NCBI GenBank assembly: GCA_963720755.1
Contig: CAVRGP010000002.1
Coordinates: 192,001-256,000 of the forward strand
Direction of reading: 5' to 3'
DNA length: 64,000 bases
From: an uncultured Chloroflexia bacterium
GTDB lineage: Bacteria; Chloroflexota; Limnocylindria; Limnocylindrales; CSP1-4
Part shown: piece by piece, positions 10,069 through 20,606 of the stretch
Position numbering within the stretch: position 1 is the stretch's first letter
How the letters are laid out: each line of letters opens with the position of its first letter
Program-made: the position numbers and the translations under genes
Notes under the pieces: generated by a model
The model's database searches: none
Told to the model about the DNA's origin: nothing
The model's input: the letters and a program-made list of their open reading frames with translations, nothing else

Positions 10069-10745
10069 GGTTCCAGGATGCGGCGCCGGACGCGCGGGCG
10101 GTCGTGTATGCCGGGATCCAGGCCGATCCGCTGGTCGTCCGGGCGGCGACGCTCCTGGCGACGGCGACGCAAGGGCAGCGCATCCTCGCCCGGGCGGTCA
10201 TGAACGGCGAGTCGACCGAGCCGGGTCACTGGCGCGCCATGTTCCCGACGCTGTTCGGCTCGACCCCGGGCGATGACGGACCGGCATCCGAGCATTCGGA
10301 GGCGATCCTCGCGGCGTCGCTCGCGGTGGCCGACCGCGGCGAGCAGGTCCGCAGCCAGGTCCGTGGGGCGTTGGTCGAAGAGCTGACCGCGCAGCTCCTG
10401 GCACGCCGCGTGGCGACGACCGCCGTCAAGCGGGAGCGGCGCATCCTGTTCGATGGCGTCAGGGCGGAGATCCACCCATACGACGTCACCGTCGAGCTGG
10501 AGGGCGCGGCCGAGGCATACGACTGCAAATGGGGTGCCCGCGGGATCAACAGCGATGTCCTGCACCAACTCGACGATGCTCGCAGCAACGCCGTCGACGA
10601 AGATGAACGACTGGCCACCGCCCTCGTCATCTTCGATGCCCGGCGTTCGTGCGAGGTCAGGCTTGCTCACCAGAGCGCACCGCACGAGTCGACGCGACTC
10701 TTCACCATCGGGAACATCGACGAGCTGGCCGAGTCGCCTTCGTGA
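10065..10745 (+). CDS. Hypothetical protein, possible PD-(D/E)xK nuclease fold
   Basis: RGALVEEL...PYDV...AYDCKWG spacing; overlaps both neighbours. Confidence 0.6.
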   Translation: MRFQDAAPDARAVVYAGIQADPLVVRAATLLATATQGQRILARAVMNGESTEPGHWRAMFPTLFGSTPGDDGPASEHSEAILAASLAVADRGEQVRSQVRGALVEELTAQLLARRVATTAVKRERRILFDGVRAEIHPYDVTVELEGAAEAYDCKWGARGINSDVLHQLDDARSNAVDEDERLATALVIFDARRSCEVRLAHQSAPHESTRLFTIGNIDELAESPS

Positions 10746-11488
10746 CCGACCGCCCGCCGGAAATCTGCTCCGCGCCGTATCGCGTGAAGTTCGATGAAGG
10801 CTCGCCGGATGGCCTGATCCGGACCTCGGTCCTGCTGCGCTATACGCAGGACCTGGCCGGCCGCCACTCGACGGCCTATGGGTTCGATCGGGCGTGGTAC
10901 CGCCAACGCGGGATCACCTGGCTGGTTCGCGCCGCCGAGGTCGCCGTCGTGGACCGGATCCCGATCGACTTGGAGCTGATCGGGACGACCCGGGTCGTTG
11001 GCAGCCGACGGGTCTGGGCGCGACGACGGACGGACTTCGTCGATGCCGCCGGGACCGCGGTCGCCTGGGTCAACATCGACTGGGTGTTACTCGACCGGCG
11101 CGGTGCGCCGACCCGGATCCCACCCGAGGTCGACGCGGCCTTCGGGATGTCCCCGGCGGCGGTCACGCTGGCCCGGGTCGACCTTGGCGAACCCCCGGGC
11201 CATGCCCAGCGCGGAAGCCTGACCGTCCGACCCCAGGAACTCGATCCGATGGGCCACGTCAACAACGCGGTCTACGCCGATTGGGTGGATGAGTCGGTGA
11301 TCGCCGCCGGTGACCCGACATCCGTCCGCTCCATCCCACGGCTCCTTCGACTCGAGTACGCCCGAGCGGCGGAGGCGGGCGCGCAGGTGCACACGGTCGC
11401 GTGGTCTGATGACAAGGGCGGATGGTCGTGCCGGGTGGCCGACGGCACGGGTCCGGAACTCATCCGCGCGCGACTCGAACCCCTGTGA
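10742..11488 (+). CDS. Acyl-ACP thioesterase (double hotdog)
   Basis: ELDPMGHVNNAVYADW; N-terminal LLRYTQD.A..HS. Confidence 0.85.
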   Translation: MTDRPPEICSAPYRVKFDEGSPDGLIRTSVLLRYTQDLAGRHSTAYGFDRAWYRQRGITWLVRAAEVAVVDRIPIDLELIGTTRVVGSRRVWARRRTDFVDAAGTAVAWVNIDWVLLDRRGAPTRIPPEVDAAFGMSPAAVTLARVDLGEPPGHAQRGSLTVRPQELDPMGHVNNAVYADWVDESVIAAGDPTSVRSIPRLLRLEYARAAEAGAQVHTVAWSDDKGGWSCRVADGTGPELIRARLEPL

Positions 11489-12672
11489 CCGCGACCCGCG
11501 ACGTCGTCATCGTCGGCGGTGGCGCGATCGGCGGGTCGGTCGCCTGGTTCCTGGCCAGCGACCCCGGTTTCGACGGCAGTATCACCGTGCTCGAGCGCGA
11601 TCCGACGTACGCGCAGGCGTCCTCGACCCGGTCCGCTGCGTCGATCCGGCAGCAATTCTCGACCCCCGAGAACATCCGGATGTCGAGCTTCTCGTACGGC
11701 TGGCTGCGGGACGCCGGACGACATCTGGCCGTCGACGATGGCGGCCTGCCGGTGGATCTCGGGTTCCACGAGGGCGGCTACCTCTACCTCGCGACCCGCG
11801 GATCGGCGGCGGACCTTCGCCGGAACCATGCCGTCCAGCGGGCGGAGGGCGCCGCCGTCGATCTCCTCACGACCGGCGAGCTGGCCGAGCGCTACCCATT
11901 CCTGGCCGTCGGCGACCTGGAGGTCGGGTCGTTGGGTCGCGCCGGTGAGGGCTGGTTCGACGGTCACGCCCTCGTGACGGGCCTGCGTCGGGCGGCCACG
12001 TCCCTGGGTGTCGAATACCAGGCCGCCGAGGCCGTTGGTGTCCGTCGATCGAGCCGGCGGATCGAGGCGGTCGTCCTCGCCGATGGTTCGACCATCGCCT
12101 GCGGCACGTTGGTCGATGCGGCCGGTCCATGGGCCCGCGACGTCGCCCGGGCCGCCGGGGTCGACCTACCGGTCGAGGCGCGACGTCGATGCGTCTGGGG
12201 GTTCGAGGCCGCCGATCCGATCCCGGACTGTCCGCTGGTCGTCGACCCCTCGGGTGCCTGGTTCCGGCCGGAGGGTCGCGGGTTCATCGGGTCGATCCCG
12301 CCGGACGCCAGCGAGGACGTCGACGGTCTGCCGCTCGATGTCGACGCGCGGTTGTTCGAGGATCGCCTCTGGCCGGCGCTGGCCGCGCGAGTCCCGGCTT
12401 TCGACGCGATCCGCCAGACGGGCGCGTGGGCCGGCTATTACGAGGTCAACACGTTCGATCACAACGCGATCCTCGGGCGCCATCCCGATCTTGGCAACCT
12501 GCTCTTCGCGAACGGATCCTCCGGTCACGGGATCCAGCACGCTCCCGCCATCGGTCGCGCTCTATCGGAGCTGATCGTCCACGCGCGATACGTCACGCTC
12601 GACCTGACCGTCCTCGGCTTCGAGCGACTCACCGGTGGACGGCCGGTGATGGAGCGCAACGTCATCGGCTGA
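11485..12672 (+). CDS. FAD-dependent oxidoreductase (DAO/sarcosine oxidase beta-like)
   Basis: GGGAIG, IRQQFS, WAGYYE, G.SGHGIQHAPA. Confidence 0.88.
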   Translation: MTATRDVVIVGGGAIGGSVAWFLASDPGFDGSITVLERDPTYAQASSTRSAASIRQQFSTPENIRMSSFSYGWLRDAGRHLAVDDGGLPVDLGFHEGGYLYLATRGSAADLRRNHAVQRAEGAAVDLLTTGELAERYPFLAVGDLEVGSLGRAGEGWFDGHALVTGLRRAATSLGVEYQAAEAVGVRRSSRRIEAVVLADGSTIACGTLVDAAGPWARDVARAAGVDLPVEARRRCVWGFEAADPIPDCPLVVDPSGAWFRPEGRGFIGSIPPDASEDVDGLPLDVDARLFEDRLWPALAARVPAFDAIRQTGAWAGYYEVNTFDHNAILGRHPDLGNLLFANGSSGHGIQHAPAIGRALSELIVHARYVTLDLTVLGFERLTGGRPVMERNVIG

Positions 12673-12677
12673 GCGGA

Positions 12678-13943
12678 TCAGGCCCCCGAACCGCGCTGGA
12701 TCATCCCGGCCGCGACCGTTCTGTTCGTCCCTTCGTCGACCAGGACGAAGGCACCGGTCTGGCGGTTCGTCTGATAGGCGTCGACGAACAGCGGCTGGGT
12801 CACCCGAAGCTGGATCCGGCCGATCTCGTTGAGGGCCAGCTCCGTCGCGTCTTCCACCCGGTGCAGGGTGTTGACGTCGATCCGATAGGAAAGCTCCTTG
12901 ACGACGGCCCGGGCCCATCGCGTCGTGTGCTTGATCGCGTACCGACGGCCCACCATCAGCGACGCACTCTCGTCCATCCAGCAGACCTGGGCGTCGACAT
13001 CCTGGACGACCGTCGGCAGGTTGTGGGGACGGCAGATCATGTCGCCCCGACCGATGTCGATGTCATCTGCCAGGGTGATGGTGACGGCCATCGGCGGGAA
13101 CGCCTCCTCGACCGGACCGTCGGCCGTGTCGATGCTCGCGATCGTCGATTCGAGGCCGCTGGGCAGGGCCATGATCCGATCTCCCGGTCGCAGGACGCCC
13201 GAAGCGACGGTGCCGGCATATCCGCGGTAATCGATGACCTCGGTCGATTGCGGCCGCAGGATGTACTGGACCGGGAAGCGGACGTCGACGAGGTTCCGGT
13301 CGCTCGCGACGTGCAATCGCTCGAGGTGGCTCAGGAGCGTGGCGCCCTCGTACCACGGCGTGTTCGGGGACCGGGTGACGACGTTGTCGCCGAGCAGGGC
13401 CGAAACCGGGATGAAGGTCATGTCGCGGACGCGAAGGCGGGTGGCGAACTCGCCGAACTCGGCCCGGATGGATTCGAACACCGATTCGGAGAAGTCCACC
13501 AGGTCCATCTTGTTGACGCACACGACGAGATGCGGCACGCCGAGCAGGGTGGAGATGAAGGCGTGGCGGCGGCTCTGCTCGGTGATCCCCCGGCGCGCAT
13601 CGAGCAGGATGACGGCGACATCCGCGGTCGACGCCCCCGTGACCATGTTGCGCGTGTACTGGATATGCCCGGGCGTGTCGGCGACGATGAATTTGCGTCG
13701 AGGCGTCGCGAAGTAGCGGTAGGCGACGTCGATGGTGATGCCCTGCTCCCGCTCCGCACGGAGGCCGTCGGTGATCAGGGCGAGGTCGGTGTAGTCATTA
13801 CCCCGGTCGCGGCTGACTCGCTCGACCGCGTCCAGCTGGTCCGTGAACAGCGACTTGGAATCGAACAACAGGCGACCGATGAGGGTGCTCTTGCCATCGT
13901 CGACGGATCCGGCGGTCGCGAATCGCAGCAGTTCCTGGGACAT
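12678..13943 (-). CDS. cysN: Sulfate adenylyltransferase subunit 1 (GTPase), no APS-kinase domain
   Basis: GSVDDGKSTLIGRLL, REQGITIDVAYRYF, DTPGH, NKMD; TGATG overlap with cysD. Confidence 0.95.
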   Translation of the reverse strand: MSQELLRFATAGSVDDGKSTLIGRLLFDSKSLFTDQLDAVERVSRDRGNDYTDLALITDGLRAEREQGITIDVAYRYFATPRRKFIVADTPGHIQYTRNMVTGASTADVAVILLDARRGITEQSRRHAFISTLLGVPHLVVCVNKMDLVDFSESVFESIRAEFGEFATRLRVRDMTFIPVSALLGDNVVTRSPNTPWYEGATLLSHLERLHVASDRNLVDVRFPVQYILRPQSTEVIDYRGYAGTVASGVLRPGDRIMALPSGLESTIASIDTADGPVEEAFPPMAVTITLADDIDIGRGDMICRPHNLPTVVQDVDAQVCWMDESASLMVGRRYAIKHTTRWARAVVKELSYRIDVNTLHRVEDATELALNEIGRIQLRVTQPLFVDAYQTNRQTGAFVLVDEGTNRTVAAGMIQRGSGA

Positions 13944-14845
13944 CAGAAGTAGCCCTCGCGCTTGCGATCTTCCATCGCAGCCTCGCTGACCTTGTCGTCG
14001 CCGCGGGTCGCCCCGCGCTCGGTGATCCGCACGGCGGCGATCTCCTCCACGATCAACTCGACCGTGTGTGCGTTCGACTCGACGGCGGCCGTCAGGTTGG
14101 CGTCGCCGATCGTGCGGTATCGGACGCGCCGGACCTGCGTGAGCTCGCCTGCCCGCAGCGGGATGAACTCGTTGACCGCGTAGAGCATCCCGTCGCGTTC
14201 GACGACCTCCCGATCGGCCGCGAGATACAGCTCGGGGATGGCGATCCGCTCGGACGCGATGTACGTCCAGACGTCCAGTTCCGTCCAGTTGGACAAGGGG
14301 AAGACCCGGATCGACTCGCCGGGGAAGACCCGGCCGTTGTAGAGATTCCAGATCTCCGGACGCTGGTTGCGCGGATCCCATTGGCCGAATTCGTCACGGA
14401 ACGAGAAGACGCGTTCCTTCGCGCGCGCCTTCTCCTCGTCGCGTCGGCCACCGCCGAACAGGGCGTCGAACTTGTAGCGCTCCACGGCCTCGAGCAGGAC
14501 GCCCGTCTGGATCCGGTTCCTCGATCCGTTGGGCTCCTCCCGCACCAGCCCTCGCTCGATCGCATCCTGGACCGACGCCACCACCAGCTGCAGGCCGAGC
14601 TCCTCGATCCATTTGTCGCGGAAGGTCAGGACCTCCGGGAAGTTGAGCCCGGTATCGATGTGCATGATCGGGAACGGGATGCGCGCGGGAGCGAACGCCT
14701 TGCGAGCGATGTTGAGCATCACGATCGAGTCCTTGCCACCGGAGAAGAGGAGGCAGGGCCGCTCCATCTCGGCGGCGACCTCGCGGAAGATATGGATGCT
14801 TTCCGCTTCGAGACTTCGCAGTTGGGTCAGGACGTGCGTGTTCAT
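13943..14845 (-). CDS. cysD: Sulfate adenylyltransferase subunit 2
   Basis: FSGGKDS, RRDEEKARAKER, WDPRNQRPE, MEDRKREGYF. Confidence 0.96.
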   Translation of the reverse strand: MNTHVLTQLRSLEAESIHIFREVAAEMERPCLLFSGGKDSIVMLNIARKAFAPARIPFPIMHIDTGLNFPEVLTFRDKWIEELGLQLVVASVQDAIERGLVREEPNGSRNRIQTGVLLEAVERYKFDALFGGGRRDEEKARAKERVFSFRDEFGQWDPRNQRPEIWNLYNGRVFPGESIRVFPLSNWTELDVWTYIASERIAIPELYLAADREVVERDGMLYAVNEFIPLRAGELTQVRRVRYRTIGDANLTAAVESNAHTVELIVEEIAAVRITERGATRGDDKVSEAAMEDRKREGYF

Positions 14846-15660
14846 CGGCGTGCGTCACGCACGTCATCGAGTCCGACCGCCGCGAGCAGCCGAGTCAGGA
14901 ACGGGCCGACCGCGGGCTCGCAGACCAGCAGGTCCGGGCTCCACGGGTCGGCCTGGTTGAACTCGAGCATCGTCCCATCCACACGCGTGGCGATCAATCC
15001 TGCGGCCCGCGCGACTGCGACCGGAGCAGCGGAATCCCACTCCCATTGACCACCGGCGTGGACATAGGCGTCCACGGTCCCATCGACCACCGCCATCGTT
15101 TTGACCCCGGCCGAGCCCATCGGCACGAGTTCGACGGCGGTGATGGCGGCGAGCCGGTCGACGATGGCCGGCGGGCGGCTGCGGCTCACGGCGAGACGAA
15201 GCGGACGACGTCCCGCCGCGACAGCCTCCCGATCCGGTCGCGTCCCGGCCGTGTCACCGGATGAGTGGACCCGGTCTCGGGCCGGCAGCGCCACCGCCGC
15301 ATCGGTCAGGCCCCGGCCGCGTTGCCACAGGGCGAGATGGACGGCGAAGTCATCCCGCCAACCGCCGTCCTCGGTGCGCTCGGCGAATTCGCGCGTGCCG
15401 TCGAGTGGATCGATGATCCAGACCCGCTCCGCATCGAGCCGCCGGCGATCGTCGACCGCCTCCTCCGACAGGATCGGATCGCCCGGTCGAGCCGCCGCAA
15501 GGGCCGCCGCAAGGAAGCGTTGGGCGCTGGCATCCCCGGCGGCCCGGAGTTCCGCCACCGGCCCGCTGAAACGACCGGACTCCACCTGGGCTCGGACGTC
15601 CAGCAGGATCTGGCCCGCGCCGACCGCCAGATCGACGGCCAGTCGGGTGTCATCGGTCAT
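14842..15660 (-). CDS. cysQ: 3'(2'),5'-bisphosphate nucleotidase (PAP phosphatase)
   Basis: ILSEE, WIIDPLDGTREF, MGSAG.K, WEWDSAAP. Confidence 0.9.
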   Translation of the reverse strand: MTDDTRLAVDLAVGAGQILLDVRAQVESGRFSGPVAELRAAGDASAQRFLAAALAAARPGDPILSEEAVDDRRRLDAERVWIIDPLDGTREFAERTEDGGWRDDFAVHLALWQRGRGLTDAAVALPARDRVHSSGDTAGTRPDREAVAAGRRPLRLAVSRSRPPAIVDRLAAITAVELVPMGSAGVKTMAVVDGTVDAYVHAGGQWEWDSAAPVAVARAAGLIATRVDGTMLEFNQADPWSPDLLVCEPAVGPFLTRLLAAVGLDDVRDARR

Positions 15661-15862
15661 CGGCAGGTCGACCTGGGCGTGGTCGATCACGAGCGCTCGG
15701 ACGTCTGGTTCACGGGCGGATACCTTGCTGCGGAGTCTGTCGGGAGTCTGTAGTTTGAACGAACGACGTGATCTGGGCACACAGCCGTCCATATAAGCGT
15801 CGCAGGTATCATCGCCGCATGCCAGCCACGCCATCACGCGGCCCGATCCGACTGCCCCCGGC

Positions 15863-16813
15863 ATGACCTTCGATGCCCCGTTGGCGGCGGCGGGCCTCCT
15901 CATCGGCATCGTCGTTGGTCTGACCGGGATGGGCGGCGGAGCGTTGATGACGCCCGTCCTGGTGTTCTTCTTCAAGATCGACCCTCTGACGGCGATCTCC
16001 AGCGATATCGTCGTCAGCCTGTTCATGAAACCAGCCGCCGCGGTCGTCCATCTTCGGCGCGGCACGGTCAATCTCGAGCTTGTCGGCTGGCTCTGCCTCG
16101 GGTCCGTTCCGGCCGCATTCCTCGGTGCCTGGTTCATCAGCTTCGTCGCACTCGATGAAGGGTCGAGCACGCTCATCAAGCAGGTGCTCGGGGTGGCGCT
16201 GCTGGTCGCGACCGCTGGCCTGATCGTGCGCAGCCTGCTTCAGATGTGGCGCAAACGACTGCCGCTCGGCGAGGGTCCGGCCGTCGTCGTCCGGCCGCCG
16301 ATCGTCAAGATCCGGCGGGTCCCGACGGTGGCCCTTGGGGCGCTCGGTGGCTTCATGGTCGGGGTGACCTCGGTCGGTGCCGGCTCCATCATCATCGTCA
16401 TCCTGCTGATGATCTACCCGACCCTGAAGGCATCCTCGCTGGTCGGAACGGACCTCACCCAGGCCATCCCGCTGGTCGCCGCCGCGGCGGCCGGCCACCT
16501 GCTCTTCGGCAGCTTCTCGGCGATGGTTGCGGCCTCATTGCTCGTCGGCGCGGTGCCGGGCGCCTGGGTCGGGGCGCAGATCAGCAGCCGCGCTCCAGGC
16601 GGGATCATCCGGCGCGTCCTGGCGGTCCTCCTGCTGGCGACCGGCCTGAAGCTGCTCGGGGTCGACACGATCTGGGTCATCGCGGCGGCGATCATGGCGA
16701 TCTTCCTCGGGACGGTCATCTGGGCGCTGATCCGGTCGCGGGTCGTGCCCAAGCCCGGCCTGGCGCGGAACACGGAGGCGGCGCTTCCCGGCGCTGACGG
16801 CGGGCCACGGTGA
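15863..16813 (+). CDS. TauE/SafE (TSUP) family sulfite/sulfate transporter
   Basis: [13 protein letters not shown] and GVTSVGAGS internal repeats, LVGTDL. Confidence 0.88.
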   Translation: MTFDAPLAAAGLLIGIVVGLTGMGGGALMTPVLVFFFKIDPLTAISSDIVVSLFMKPAAAVVHLRRGTVNLELVGWLCLGSVPAAFLGAWFISFVALDEGSSTLIKQVLGVALLVATAGLIVRSLLQMWRKRLPLGEGPAVVVRPPIVKIRRVPTVALGALGGFMVGVTSVGAGSIIIVILLMIYPTLKASSLVGTDLTQAIPLVAAAAAGHLLFGSFSAMVAASLLVGAVPGAWVGAQISSRAPGGIIRRVLAVLLLATGLKLLGVDTIWVIAAAIMAIFLGTVIWALIRSRVVPKPGLARNTEAALPGADGGPR

Positions 16814-18141
16814 GCGCGAGCGATAGCGCCGACGACCTGACGCCCTTCGCCGATACCCCACGCCTCGTCCTCGACGGCGACGGCCTCGACGTCCTCGAAC
16901 TCGCGCTCGGCGGTGCCATCCCCGGGCTCCCGGCGTCGGTCGGCGTCACGTCGGATGGGGAGTGGGTGCTGACCGATCGGGAGAACTCGCCGCTGGCCCA
17001 TCTTCGCGTCGACCCCGCCGGCGACTCGACCTTGCGTCCGCTCCGTCCGATGCCCACCGGCGTCGGACCGCGATGGGATCCGGCGGTGCGGCGACCGGCC
17101 CGGGACGTGCGGGGCGAGCTACGCGACCTGATCGGATCCGGTCCGGTCGTCGGCTTCGTGGTGGACGAGCTCCCGACGGTGTCGGATCTGCAGGCGGTCC
17201 TCGAACGCGTACGGGCCAGCGACGCTGCGGCTGTTCTGTGGGCCGTGCCGGTCGCTCGTCACGGAGATGGGCCGGGTCCCGTCAGTGGCGCCGCACTGGC
17301 GCGGGCGAGTCGGTCATTGGCGGAGACCCTCGCATCCGACCTCGCCGGCCCGCCGGTGATCCCGTTGATCGTGCCCTGGCCGGGGCGCGGGCGCGACGGC
17401 CAGCTCGACGTCATCCCCATCGACGAGGTGATAGCGGCCTACGGCGCGACGGAGACTCGGCACGTGCGCGATCTGCGCAGCCCGGCGACCGACCGGCGCC
17501 TGGCGGGCCTGGACGACGCCTTCGAGCGAGACGTAAGCGCCATCTATCCGCCGGCTTCCGCGGCCGAATTCATCGCCGCCCGCGAGCGCCGCGTCCGCAG
17601 CGTCCGCAGCGGTGCCGTCATCTTCTTCACCGGGCTGTCTGGCTCCGGCAAGTCGACCATCGCCCGGGCGCTCAGCGACGCCCTGAGGGATCGAGGGTCG
17701 CGGGTCACGTTGCTCGACGGAGACGAGGTTCGCCAGCACCTGTCGGCCGAGCTCGGCTTCGACGCGGCATCGCGCGAACGCAATATCGACCGGATCGCCT
17801 TCGTGGCCTCACTCGTTGCCGCGCATGGTGGCATCGCCGTGGCGGCGCCGATCGCGCCATTCGCGGCCGGCCGCCAGGCGGCTCGAACCATGGCCGAGAA
17901 CGAAGGCGTGTTCCTGCTCGTGTACGTCGACACACCACTGGCCGTGTGCGAGGCCAGGGATCGCAAGGGCCTGTATGCCGAGGCTCGGGCCGGTCGCATC
18001 CCCGACTTCACGGGGATCAGTTCGCCGTACGAGCACCCGGACGATGCGGATGTCGTGATCGACACGTCCACGACGTCCGTTGAGGAGGCGGTCGCGGTCA
18101 TCATCGAGGCGCTGGAGCGAGCTGCCGGTCCGGGGCGGTAG
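16810..18141 (+). CDS. cysC: Adenylyl-sulfate kinase fused to a degenerate ATP-sulfurylase-like N-terminus
   Basis: [41 protein letters not shown]. Confidence 0.9.
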   Translation: MSASDSADDLTPFADTPRLVLDGDGLDVLELALGGAIPGLPASVGVTSDGEWVLTDRENSPLAHLRVDPAGDSTLRPLRPMPTGVGPRWDPAVRRPARDVRGELRDLIGSGPVVGFVVDELPTVSDLQAVLERVRASDAAAVLWAVPVARHGDGPGPVSGAALARASRSLAETLASDLAGPPVIPLIVPWPGRGRDGQLDVIPIDEVIAAYGATETRHVRDLRSPATDRRLAGLDDAFERDVSAIYPPASAAEFIAARERRVRSVRSGAVIFFTGLSGSGKSTIARALSDALRDRGSRVTLLDGDEVRQHLSAELGFDAASRERNIDRIAFVASLVAAHGGIAVAAPIAPFAAGRQAARTMAENEGVFLLVYVDTPLAVCEARDRKGLYAEARAGRIPDFTGISSPYEHPDDADVVIDTSTTSVEEAVAVIIEALERAAGPGR

Positions 18142-18147
18142 GCCCCG

Positions 18148-19395
18148 TCAGCTGCGGTCGCGACGACGGCCGAGTCGTGTCAATCGGCGGCGGAGACCAT
18201 GGGCTCGGCGTCCGATGGCCGTTCGGATCCGGACCCACAGGACCACCGCGACCTGGATCGTGGGGATCCCCACGAGCTCCGCGGGCTCACCCGGCACGCG
18301 CGAAGCCGACGAGCCTGATGACGTGGATGTGCGCGCAAGTCCACTCGCAACGACCACGCCCATGGCGGTCGCTGCGGCGGTCCGAGGTGAGATGTGCAGC
18401 TCTGCTGCGGCGGCCCCTGACGTTGATGCGGGCGGTAGTCGGGTCAGGTTCTCATGGTCGCCGACGATCCGGACGCCTGAGGCGACGATCGCGTCGACCA
18501 TCTCCCGGCCGACCGCCCCGGCTCGCTCGAGGGCCCATCGCGGTGTCTCCAACCGAGGCTCGCCCGTGGCGGCGGGGTGGGACTTGACGTAGCTCGCGGC
18601 CCCGAAGCGCATCACGGTGGTATGGAGCGGCCGGCTCAGGCCCGCATCGAAGAACTGCGCGTTGAAGGCGCGGACGATCTCGATCTCGGGCAGCGTCATC
18701 GATCGATTGCTGACGTCGTCCTCGGCGGCGAGGGTTCCCACCCGCAGTCCGAGCAGCTGCTCGAACACCCGCAGGACCATGTCGTGATCCTGATCGTCGA
18801 GGGCGACGACGGTGACGTTGTCCGGCCCGACGACCTCGGTCCAACGGGCGACGAGCTGATCGTGGCGGTGTCGACGCCAAAAGACCGGTTTCAGCCTCGA
18901 CGGGTCGTTGAAGACCGCGTCCAGCCAGTCATCGAACGGCCTTCGCTCGCCGCTCTGCACGAATTGTTGCCACTGGGAGGAGAGGATCCGGCTGAGCGGC
19001 CGCAGCGTCACCACGATATGGACCCGTTCGCCACCCAGGTCCTCGACGATCGTCCGGATGGTGTCCGGTTTGGCCTCGGACAGGAACTCGCTGCTGATGA
19101 CCACCCGCGGCTCGCGCGCGCGTCGCACCTCTCCGACCAGGTGCCGCCACCAGCGCATCGATGGGACCTTGCCGGTGCTCGGGCTCGCATTGCCGACGAT
19201 CGCCTGCACCGCCGCCACGGGTTGGCGGGTGGGGCCGGCATAGTGGACACCCTGGGCGGAGACAGCCTCGCGGTTGCCGTGGAAGGCGCCCTGCAGGTAC
19301 GTCGTCCCGGTCTTGGGTGGGCCGATGTGGATGAGCCGGGTGCCCGCGGGCAGGAGCAGGTCGTCCGATCCGTCCGGTCCGGCAGTGGCGGTCAT
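18148..19395 (-). CDS. Sulfotransferase-like protein, array copy 6 (most divergent, unique C-terminus)
   Basis: 5'-PSB-like IHIGPPKTGTT, SSE, 3'-PB-like RPLSRILSSQWQQ; ATGA overlap with copy 5. Confidence 0.75.
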   Translation of the reverse strand: MTATAGPDGSDDLLLPAGTRLIHIGPPKTGTTYLQGAFHGNREAVSAQGVHYAGPTRQPVAAVQAIVGNASPSTGKVPSMRWWRHLVGEVRRAREPRVVISSEFLSEAKPDTIRTIVEDLGGERVHIVVTLRPLSRILSSQWQQFVQSGERRPFDDWLDAVFNDPSRLKPVFWRRHRHDQLVARWTEVVGPDNVTVVALDDQDHDMVLRVFEQLLGLRVGTLAAEDDVSNRSMTLPEIEIVRAFNAQFFDAGLSRPLHTTVMRFGAASYVKSHPAATGEPRLETPRWALERAGAVGREMVDAIVASGVRIVGDHENLTRLPPASTSGAAAAELHISPRTAAATAMGVVVASGLARTSTSSGSSASRVPGEPAELVGIPTIQVAVVLWVRIRTAIGRRAHGLRRRLTRLGRRRDRS

Positions 19396-20606
19396 CGGGA
19401 CCGTCCGACCAGGCGGCGGGTGCGCCGCCCGGCGGCGGTGACGATCCGCCGTCCGACGATGCCGACCATGTCGAGGGTCGAGACCCTGGCCAGGGCGATC
19501 GGTTCGACCGATGTGCGGGTGACCTGACCATCGGGATCGGGGACGAGGCCACTGGCCCGCAGGACGCTCATCGCCACGGTCGCCGCAAGGTCCGGGCTGA
19601 TCTCGGGGTCGGGCTGCACGCCGTCGACGAGCCGGCTGGTCAGGACCGGTCGGAGGTGCTCGGGATCGCCGACGATCCGAACACCCGACGCGGTGATCGC
19701 ATCGACCATCTCCCGGGCGATCCCGGCGGTCCGGTCGAGCGCCCACTGGGGGGTCTCGATCCGGGCCTCGCCGGGACCCGGCTCGCGGGCCTTCATCCGG
19801 GTGGCTGCGCCAAAGGCCATGACCTTCGTATGGAGCGGACGACTCAGGCCCGCGGCGAAGAACTGCTCGTTGAACGCTCGGACGATCTCGATCTCGGCCC
19901 AGGTCATCGACCGGTTCGTCCGGTCGCCATCGGCCACCAGCGTGCCTGCCCGCAGCCCGAGCAGCCGCTCGAACACCCGCAGGACCATGTCGTGGTCCCG
20001 CTCATCGAGGGCGATGACCGTGACGTTCTGTGGCCCGACCACCTCGGCCCAGCGGGCGATCAGCTGATCGTGGCGATGGGGATACCAGAACCACTTCGTG
20101 TGTCGTTCCTCTTGATCCCCGAAGATCTGCTCGAGGAACTGGTCGAACGACGTCCGCAGGCCGGCCTGGACCGTCTGTTGCCATTGAGACGGGATCGACT
20201 TGGCCAGCGGCCGGAGGGTCACCGCGACATGGACACGATCCGGACCCAGGTCATCGACGATCGTTCGGATGGTCTCGGGTTTGGCTCGAGCCAGGCGCTC
20301 GCTGCTGAGCAGGACCCGTCGCTCACCGGCGTTGCGGATCTCGTCGACCAGATCGCGCCACTTCGCGATCGGTGGCACCTCGCCGGTCCTGGTGTTCGAC
20401 AGGCCGAGGATGCTGAGGACCGCCGCCACGGGTTGGCGGGTGGGGCCGGCATAGTGGACACCCTGGGCGGAGACAGCCTGGCGGTTGCCGTGGAAGGCGC
20501 CCTGCAGGTACGTCGTCCCGGTCTTGGGTGGGCCGATGTGGATGAGCCGGGTGCCCGCAGGCAGGAGCAGGTCGTCCGATCCGTCCGGTCCGGCAGTGGC
20601 GGTCAT
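19392..20606 (-). CDS. Sulfotransferase-like protein, array copy 5
   Basis: Starts MTATAGPDGSDD; same PAPS-binding motifs; 404 aa. Confidence 0.78.
   Translation of the reverse strand: MTATAGPDGSDDLLLPAGTRLIHIGPPKTGTTYLQGAFHGNRQAVSAQGVHYAGPTRQPVAAVLSILGLSNTRTGEVPPIAKWRDLVDEIRNAGERRVLLSSERLARAKPETIRTIVDDLGPDRVHVAVTLRPLAKSIPSQWQQTVQAGLRTSFDQFLEQIFGDQEERHTKWFWYPHRHDQLIARWAEVVGPQNVTVIALDERDHDMVLRVFERLLGLRAGTLVADGDRTNRSMTWAEIEIVRAFNEQFFAAGLSRPLHTKVMAFGAATRMKAREPGPGEARIETPQWALDRTAGIAREMVDAITASGVRIVGDPEHLRPVLTSRLVDGVQPDPEISPDLAATVAMSVLRASGLVPDPDGQVTRTSVEPIALARVSTLDMVGIVGRRIVTAAGRRTRRLVGRSR

Noticed and set aside
12678-16179. Extended ORF starts for cysN (14381) and cysQ (16179)
   Set aside because: They overlap cysD and tauE; homology begins at 13943 and about 15660.
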